From the NCBI GenBank assembly GCA_951406725.2, contig OX597815.1, positions 46,066,001 through 46,130,000 of the forward strand: a stretch of 64,000 nt of DNA. Reading direction: 5' to 3'. Below, piece after piece: positions 54,713-64,000 of the stretch. The stretch's first letter is position 1. Each line of letters starts with the position of its first letter. The notes under the pieces are model-generated. The model was given only the letters and a program-made list of their open reading frames with translations. It searched no databases and was not told the origin of the DNA. A program made the position numbers and the translations under genes. The DNA comes from Octopus vulgaris (lineage: Eukaryota).

Positions 54713-55932
54713 ATGGTTTGAAATACCCGAGACCTATATCAATTTCAATAAAAACTTTCGTGACCACTTTTACGTTAGTTTTGGCGCAACCCGTGTATTT
54801 GAGATGTTGTAGTAATCCCTGTTGATGTTATTTTACTATTGTTGTCAGTGTTACTTCTGCTTCTGTAATGGTTGTAGTTGTTGTTGTTTCATCTAAGGTC
54901 ATAACTGACATCGAATAGAGTTACGATCAATGGCATTTCATCCGTTACTACCCATATATGGTTATTTCTTCTCAACACATTGTATTTTCATGCTATCTCT
55001 ACTTGGACACTAACGGCTCACTTGTTTATCTTCCTCTATCATCCACGTTATGTGCAACACTCTACGTCACACAATAACCACAACTCATAGCATTTTCTCC
55101 CCAGAACATCCACTCTTCAAGATTCCCTCTCAGTTCATGTTATTCCTGCAAGTGTTACTTGAAACGTTGATAAATTTAATCTCATCAGTCTTTGCGGGAA
55201 GCTGCGAAGGCCATAAAAACTTTCCCTTCTCCAGGACTCCAAAAATGAAAATATATCTCCAACATTAGTTAAATACTTATAAATGTGCGGCCCTATTGTT
55301 CTTATGTGAGCCAAGTCAGCTCTGGGCGCGATGAAAAAAAAATCAACGTTTTGGACACCTGTCCTATTCAGAAAGGGAAAAATCCTAAAGTCCAATTTTG
55401 GAGTTGGCCTTCATAAGCTCTTTCTCTCCTTCTCTCTAACTTACTTTCTCTCTCTTTTCCCACCTCTCTCTCTAGAAAAATATGTATCCAAAACGTTAAC
55501 TAAATCTGTTTTTGTATCTACTAACTTCCACGGATTATCTTCGACGAGAAAGAAAACCATCACTACGTGCTTTGTTCTTATCTGAACACGTTATTTAACG
55601 AAAATGAAAGGTTAGATGAAATTTGCAGAAGATTTCACCGCTAATTTTAGCACATCGAACATCCACACGAACATTACATCTTTGGTCCTTGACACCAAGG
55701 TTTTAGTACTTATGAGCAGCAATAATCCATTTTTGCGATCTCATCCACAGCCAAAGAGGAAGAATGAAACAACTACATATTGCACAAATCAAAACAGAGC
55801 AAAATGCATATATTCACACACGCGTATGCACGAACAGGTACCTTCCGTCACCTCCACCACCACAAACAATAATACTAATACAACATCTAGTTTACTGAGA
55901 TAACTATCTGCTATATATATATATATATATAT

Positions 55933-56140
55933 CTAACGGGAGGTTTACGAAAATAAACAAAAGACGAAGGCAGGTGGAGTACAAACAACAATTGTATTAG
56001 TATGACGCTCAGGATTAGAAATAAAACAGGTTTTTACGTTTCGAGCCTACGCTCTTCGACAGAAAGATACACAGAAAAGAAACAAGGAGAGAAACAAGGA
56101 GAGAAAAAATGCGTGTAGGAGCTAACGGTCCATCATGGCG
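55933..56140 (-). mobile_element. Short Penelope-like pseudo-LTR element, with minimal hammerhead at 56031-56066
   Basis: TTT-CTGTCGA-A-GAGC-GTAG-GCTC-GAAA-C-GTA-AAA. Shares GTATTA...GACGCTCAGGA with 35791-36008 and abuts (TA)n. Confidence 0.7.
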
Positions 56141-56141
56141 T

Positions 56142-56239
<98 letters not shown>

Positions 56240-56858
56240 TGAGTATATATATGTATATATGTGACACACACACACACACACACACATATATATGTATATT
56301 TATATATAATGCAACATTGAATAGATGTTATTATTTGCATTAACCAATTTGTTTCATCCGTTCATCCATCGCATGGATACCCTTTTCATCATCTGTAGAC
56401 AGAGTAACAGTAGATTAAATCAGGAAAAAAAACCCCATTCTAATTAGTGATGCACTGTTTTATGATATAGCAGTGGTGGTGGTGTGGAGTAGGATATGGT
56501 GTATGGGGAGTGTATGGCACAGCCGAATGTAAAGTACTCGTTAATAACACTGAACAATAAGGGATTGTGCAGTTGGTTACTGATCAACAATTTTCGCCAA
56601 TATGTTCTTTATAATACTTGCCATAATCGATAGCTTTCCATGTAGAACTGAGTGACAGGAAAAGTGGGTGAAGTGAAGAGTGAATGAGAAATATGGAGAG
56701 AGAGGTAATAATGAGATAGAAGAGATTATGCATGGGAAGACAGACTGGGTGGGGAATGAATAAAGCTGTTTGGATGTGTGTACATACATAAATACATACA
56801 TTCACAATTATACATATAAGTATATATATATATATATACCTATAAATATTGGTGTCTG

Positions 56859-56920
<62 letters not shown>

Positions 56921-57346
56921 TATGTATAGGTGTGTGTTTATGTATATATATATATGTATATATGTATCTATATGTATGCATATATATGTGTATATATGTA
57001 TGTATGTACCTATGCATGTATATATATATATAAATGTACGTACATAGAAAAAAGTAAGCGAGGGAGAGAGATAGGGATACGCACACATCTATATGTGTGT
57101 AAAAGAGGGGTGCGTCGATTTCTGAAAGCAAACGAGTGAGAGAGAGAGAAAGAGGGAGAGCAAAACAGAAAAAGAAAGAGAGAGAGAGAGATGGAGAGAA
57201 AGGGTTGCTGAAGTGAGAAAAACGTGAACCAATAGAGAAAAAATGTGCAAGTACAAGTGTGTATGTGTGTGTGTGTGTGTGTGCGTATACTTATATACAT
57301 ATAAATGTATATATACATAGATGTGTACGTATTCATGCATATTTAC

Positions 57347-57403
<57 letters not shown>

Positions 57404-57615
57404 TGTATGTATGTATATATATATACGCATATACGCATACATATGCATAAATACCCATATACATGCATCTATCCATCTATATATATATATATATATATAT
57501 ACATATATATACATACATATATATATATATGTACGTATATATGTATACATACGTATATATATTTATGTTTACTTTGTTTATTTTGTTTATATATGTATAC
57601 ATATATATATGTATA

Positions 57616-57662
<47 letters not shown>

Positions 57663-58412
57663 ATATATATATATATATACATACACATACACACATATAT
57701 ACGTGCTAACATACACACATGCAACTAACTGAACTGAAAACGGGAACGAGAAAGTGTGACGGACAGATAATCTATGAATGAGCAAGTATTTAACAGGAAG
57801 AAGGAAGGAAACAAACGCAAAAGAGTGAAATAGGAAAGTGAAAGTGTTTATGTGCGCATGCGTTTGCATATCAATGTGTGTTACTCTTAGGATTGCAACG
57901 CTGTGTGATTTCAGATGTGTTTTGCGACATGCATCGTTGCTTTGTAGGTATACGGAAATAAAAAACAAACAAACAATGAATTGTGAAGATAAATAAAACA
58001 ATATGAATAATAAAGGTATGGAAAATAAAAAGTGAGCTTTGGAGGAAATCTGCTCTACTTCAATATAACTGTTTGTGTTTAGTGATAACATATCACGCCC
58101 ACAACAATGGCAACTGGAGAAATAACGTAGAGCAACAATAGCTATAATATCAACAACGACTCTCAAGAACAATGACGGCCATTACTAAAAATTAATAATT
58201 TCCCTCGCAATATGAATAAATATAAACGACGATAAAAAAAGAAAAACAAGAAAAATAACAACAGCAGCAGTAACAGCAGCAACACCAGCAGCAATGAAGA
58301 TAAAGAACATTGACATGAGCTTGAGCATGAACAAGAACAGTGACATCATCAACAACAACAACCACAGCGACGACCCGTAGAACCTTTCAGAATCATCAGA
58401 AATCGTCCCCAT

Positions 58413-58420
58413 TACTAACG

Positions 58421-58476
<56 letters not shown>

Positions 58477-58704
58477 AGTCCTGCTACTACGACTACTACT
58501 ACTGCTGCTGCTGCTTGAACTACTACAACTACTACTACTACTACTACAGTCCCCACCGCCACCGTCGCCGCCACCGTCGCCGCCACCGTCGCCGCCACCG
58601 TCGCCGCCACCGTCGCCGCCACCGTCGCCGCCACCGTCGCCGCCACCATCGCTGTACCGTCGCCGTCACCGCCGCAGCCGCCGCCGCTGCTGCTGCTGCT
58701 GCTG
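58413..58704. repeat. Compound tract: (ACT)n, 12-bp (CCGCCACCGTCG)n, (CCG)n/(CTG)n
   Basis: Directly visible, about seven 12-bp units at 58556-58648. Confidence 0.92.
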
Positions 58705-58908
58705 AAGACAACATCCTCTCTTTGTATTCAAGAAAGTTGTGTAACCAATAGAGGATGCTACATTGTGCGAGATAAGAAGTTTCTTCAACAATGCTCAAAA
58801 TCGGATCAATAAAAGATACTATTTTTGTTGTTGTTTGAGCAGGCTTATTATGATCAAAGATGTTCCAGTTAAGACCATCCTATCTCTTTTCAATCAACGC
58901 TTATGTAA

Positions 58909-59298
58909 TACTATAGGTACAAGGCCTGAACTTTTGGGAGAGGAAGCCTGTCGATTAGATCGACCCAGAATGTAACTGGTACTTACTTTATCGACCCCGA
59001 AAGGATGAAAGGCAAAGTCGACCTCGGCGGAATTTGAACTCAGAACGTAACGGCAGACGAAATACCTATTTCTTTACTATCCACAAGGGGCTAAACACAG
59101 AGAGGACAAACAAGGACAGAAAAACGGATTAAGTCGATTACATCGACCCCATTGCGTAACTGGTATTTATTTAATCGACCTCGAAAGGATGAAAGGCAAA
59201 GTCGACCTCGGCGGAATTTGAACTCAGAACGTAGCGGCAGACGAAATACTGTTAAGCATTTCGCCCGGCGTGCTAACGTTTCTGCCAGCTCGCCGCCA
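58909..59298 (-). mobile_element. SINE family A with a tandemly repeated body and two different tails
   Basis: The GAAAGGATGAAAGGCAAAGTCGACCTCGGCGGAATTTGAACTCAGAACG block occurs near 59000 and again near 59185. Confidence 0.9.
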
Positions 59299-59775
59299 TA
59301 TTCTCTTTAAGGGATATTTCGCTGCTGCGATATAAAGTAGTTTGACCATCGATATGTTCAATCAGAACTCACTTGGAACTAAAAATGGAGATAAGTTAAA
59401 CTGTCTGTGTCATGAAGTTTTGGACTATTATAAGGCAAATAGGATGTCAAGTCATTTATTCCGACTGAGAGGCAATTGAAATAAATTTTCCATTCGAGAG
59501 AAGAGCAAAAAATAGCAGCCATTATGCACAGAAGTGGCCATTGTTTTATAACATGAAGTGAAATGTATTAAAATTGTAAAACAAACCAACCAGGAACATT
59601 AGTTCATAAACACGCAAATAATATTCAGAATCATCAATCAATAATAGAGCAAAACTGGCGCCCGCTTTGATAACATAACCCTACAAAAGAAAACTTCTTT
59701 TCGAAGAGAAAATTTATTTTTTAATAAAGGCCTATATATATATGTACACACCCATATATATACGCAAATATATAC

Positions 59776-59838
<63 letters not shown>

Positions 59839-60734
59839 AACACACACATACACGCATACATACACACACAAATCGATATTGTACCTGTATATATATTTGC
59901 TGTAAAATGGTACGCTACCAGCGATTTGACCTCTGTCTCTGATCTGTTTATGTTTCATGTGTATATTTCCACCCATTGCTAGTTGGAACTTAATGTTATA
60001 TTAAAAGAGAACAATCATGAAAATAAAAAAAAATATAATCCTTTGATCACATAAAGAGGTAAATTAAATAATATGAAAAAACAGTTTCAGTTCAACAGCA
60101 GTAGGCTATTCAGTTATACAGTATAATTGAATATTGTTTAAAAGTGCTTCTCTGTCCTCTAGGATGCGGAAATAAAAGAGTTGGTAATGAAATAGGCTTT
60201 CAAAAGAGAATTTCATGGTTGTCTAATCAGTGAATGTTTTGTAGCGAAAGAAAAAAAAAATGGATTTCAAATATACAATTATAAGCCAAAAGCTACCATA
60301 ATGAAAGTTAGTTTAGATAGATTTGTAAGAAAAACAGACTTATTAAACAATAATTCTGAAAGAGAGTGATATAAGTGAAGGAATAGCAAAAGAAATAACA
60401 TTTTAAACAAAATTATTGAGGGATGATTTTTGCGTCGTAACTCAAACAGGATTACGTGTGTGAGATTAAACAATACAAAACCGAATGCTAGAAATTGAAT
60501 GCGAGGTTTATGCCTTCGATAACAATAAAATGTGGACAGTTTACAATCACGAAAGCGAGAATTAAAAGCGTCCAGAGCGAACCGTTTGTCTGCTGTAGAA
60601 ATACGTGTATTGCGTGCGCGCGTGCGCATATATATGTGGTGGTGGTGGTGGTGGGTGCGCGCGCGCGTTTCCGTACACATGCATACATACGTACACACAT
60701 ACATAATGAATGAGTCACAAGCACTCAAGCAAAC

Positions 60735-60819
60735 TGAGTCCTCAACTTGTTCCATTTGCCAAAATGTCTACAAAGCACCAGCAGGTCTCATGAGACGCAT
60801 TCGTGTCAATCGTACATGA
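60735..60819 (+). mobile_element. Possible RTE-type LINE 3' tip (decayed C2H2 finger)
   Basis: TCSICQNVYKAPAGLMRRIRVN* fits CxxC...AGL..H.R.H with both His residues mutated. Confidence 0.45.
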
Positions 60820-60877
60820 TTAACATTTTATTTTACTGAACTCGTATTTGTCGTTCACGACAAGAGAATCCGTTATC

Positions 60878-60917
<40 letters not shown>

Positions 60918-61486
60918 TTACATGTGTGTGTGAGTGTGTGTGTGTGTGTGATGCGTGTGCATACATACATATATACATCCATATATATATATATGAACTT
61001 TAGATTGCTTAAATTCTGTTTGTGACATAGTTTAACGTCGAAAGGCAAAGTGGAGAGAAAATACACTAATTCTCTCTCAGAGTAAAAGTAGTTAAAGCAC
61101 CATACCTGTTCAGTGCTACCTTCTATCGGATTACCAGACAACCATTTCTTTATTTTTAGCCTTCCTCAATGTTAAATACCAATGAAAGAGATCCTTGGAC
61201 AAATTCAAAGCCATAGCTTTAACTAGAAACCAATTTTTATACCGTTTACTATAAAAAAATTGTTCTCTACGATAAAACTACAGTGAATTTGCCTTTCGAA
61301 GTTATAATATACCAGAAACATACTTTAACTAACCTCAAGTTTGTTTATTTCTAATCACTGCTTAGCATATATATGCATGCATGCATACATACATATATGC
61401 ATACATACATACGTACATACATACATACATACATAATGCACACAGATATATATATATATATATATATATATATGCTTACATATATA

Positions 61487-61702
61487 CGAGAGGCGCTGAA
61501 ACGTTCCTCTCTTTGGGTAAAAGAAAATATAGGAGGATCATTTAATTATGATTTTATTCAACATATTCCCCTCTCAGATTCACACACCTATGGGAGTAGC
61601 CCTTCAGTTTCACTAAGCTCTTTAAAAGAACTAGGTAGGTTGCGCCTCCAACTAAGCCTTTCGCGATACACTTAAAGCCAGGAACTTTTCAGCAGCCCCT
61701 CA
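61487..61702. mobile_element. ~215-bp mariner-type MITE
   Basis: Imperfect TIRs CGAGAGGCGCTGAAACGTTCCT / AGGAACTTTTCAGCAGCCCCTCA, TA on both sides. Confidence 0.8.
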
Positions 61703-61757
61703 TATATGTATATATGTATGTTTGTATGTATTTATTGTATGTATATATGTGTGTGTG

Positions 61758-61817
<60 letters not shown>

Positions 61818-61824
<7 letters not shown>

Positions 61825-62104
61825 ATCATGTGACCGACCAGACCATCAGATGTTGTTACACATCGCTGGTCACAATGCGTTCGCATTGTTTTAGCCTTCG
61901 AATGACGCCGCCCCGCTGGCTAAGCGAGCAGGCCAACAAAAGAAAGAGTGGAAGAAAGTGTGGTGAAAGAGTACAGCAGGGATCACCACCCACTGCCGGA
62001 GCCTCGTGGAGCTTTTAGGTGTTTTCGCTCAATAAACACTCACAACGCCCGGTCTGGGAATCGAAACCGCGAGTCCGCTGCCTAACCACTGGGCCATTGC
62101 GCCT

Positions 62105-62108
<4 letters not shown>
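61818..62108 (-). mobile_element. SINE family C, tail variant 3
   Basis: Near-identical to 38806-39100. Confidence 0.9.
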
Positions 62109-62192
<84 letters not shown>

Positions 62193-62642
62193 TAATATAA
62201 ATATATTCATATAAGTACACACACATATGCACACACTATATAAACAATTGAAATAATAACAGAAAATAAACTATTGATTTTTCTAAACCCCCATTACGTT
62301 CCTTTCGATAATCTTATAAATTCCATATGTTTATATCTATATAATTTAATATTTACAAATCCATCCCATCTATAAAATTATCCAAATATCAATAGCTGTT
62401 TTCTGTCATTATTTTCATTTTATGAGACCTCTTGTCAGTGTGTACCCTAACTCGAGATATACGCAGCTTTACGGCTTGTTTAGTGTGCAATATTGGAAAA
62501 TAAGGAATTTAATGCATTCTTATGGTAATGTGTCGTGCATTTAAAGCCCATCATAAAATTTATATGTGTATGTATGCATATTTGTGTGCGTACACCCCAC
62601 CACATGCATGCACACTATATACATACATATAAACTTACGCAG

Positions 62643-62696
<54 letters not shown>

Positions 62697-63932
62697 ATAT
62701 ATATATATGTTATAGTGATGTAATCGGATGCTATATATTTATGCATTTATATAGGAAAAAATAGTTTTCTGTTTGAGTGTATTTATATAATTGTGTATGC
62801 ATGCATACATATATACACACATGCATTCCTATATATGTGCGTGTGTGTGGTGGGGGAGTGTGTGTGTGTGTGTCGAGTCTATGTATGTATGTAGTTAAGT
62901 GAGCATGTTCGTTGTATGTGTGTTTATAGATCTTTAAATAATGTACACATGTATACACACATATCCATATATACATGATTATCCACTATAATCAATACAT
63001 GACTATCCCTAAACAGAATTAAAGTGTTTATTTAAAAGCAATAAAAATAATTTTAAAAAAAACGAAGTATTATATTTGATATTCATTAAAAATGCTTGTT
63101 ATGAGACATCAACAAATACATACAGTTCTGTATTTTGTTATCTCATGGTGGACCAATGTGAAATATATTTTATTTTACCACTTTATCTTTACACAGCAAT
63201 GGCTTCTAAACTTTTAGTCTGTGTTCCCATTGACTGCCTAGAGAAATCGTTATTTAAAGGGAATACTACTTATATCCCTTTGCCCGTCCAAATGATTTGC
63301 AAAAGTTTATCCTAAACGTCCATAACTTGTTTTCAGACATTTAGTTAGCCCTTGCTTCACGTTTTGCGTAATTTAAAACTTTCCTTTCATAAGTCTCAAG
63401 CTACTCTCGTTGTTGGAAAATGCGAAACTGTATGTCATACTTGATGCATGGATGTCAGGGAAATATGTCCTGTGTATTACATCTGATATATAGGGAAGAC
63501 AAAGGGATATGTATATTCACGCATAAACACACATGCAATAATGAAGGTCACTTACACGCACATTCATATATGTACGCGATTATTCACTAAACCTTATTTA
63601 AAACCGTATATCGTATTTTAAAAAAAGTGAAATGCATATTAAATATCTCCACTGTACATTATTTTGTGTATCGCTAATGTTGGTGACAAAAGACCTCTCG
63701 TATTTTCTGAATGTAAGGGCCTTTCTCCAGGGAGAATACGTTTGTGAATAAACTACGATATATTAACGAAAGATTTCTCGCGTTATTCACAGTGAAATGG
63801 TTTTGCTCTAGTGCTTATTATTTGTTTTGTTAAAAAAAAAACTGTTTTCGACAAAATAGTTTCCACATATTTCAGAGTGGTAGAATTTTGTTTCTTCTTT
63901 CCTATCATATATTTCTTTGTGCGTGAAGATAT

Positions 63933-64000
63933 TGCCGAGTGTCTTCTACTATACCCTTACGCCGACCAAGGTTTTGTAAGTGGATTTGGTAGACGGAGAC
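63933..64000 (+). mobile_element. SINE family B fragment, cut by the window edge
   Basis: GTGTCTTCTACTATA...CCGACCAAGG...GTGGATTTGGTAGACGGA. Confidence 0.75.

Overview
AT-rich, microsatellite-saturated eukaryotic DNA with no host exon that I can support. The SINE repertoire and microsatellite density suggest an octopus genome (inference), probably intergenic or deep intronic. Almost all listed ORFs are translations of simple repeats. The window contains four tRNA-headed SINE families, several decayed mariner/Tc1/pogo-type transposons and MITEs, a decayed Tx1/L1 reverse transcriptase fragment, an 800-bp foldback element with internal telomere-like repeats, and truncated R4/Dong LINEs stacked in trinucleotide tracts. 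Three observations stand out. (1) A ~550-bp non-coding, non-tRNA element sits only in (AAT)n tracts and shares a 3' stem-loop with the neighbouring Dong LINEs, which suggests a Dong-mobilised passenger. (2) There are six hammerhead-ribozyme-like motifs, including a well-formed solitary one at 42454-42529. (3) One repeat carries the three hammerhead core strands in a non-circular, pseudoknotted order. The 10.5-18.2 kb region shows signs of assembly artefacts.
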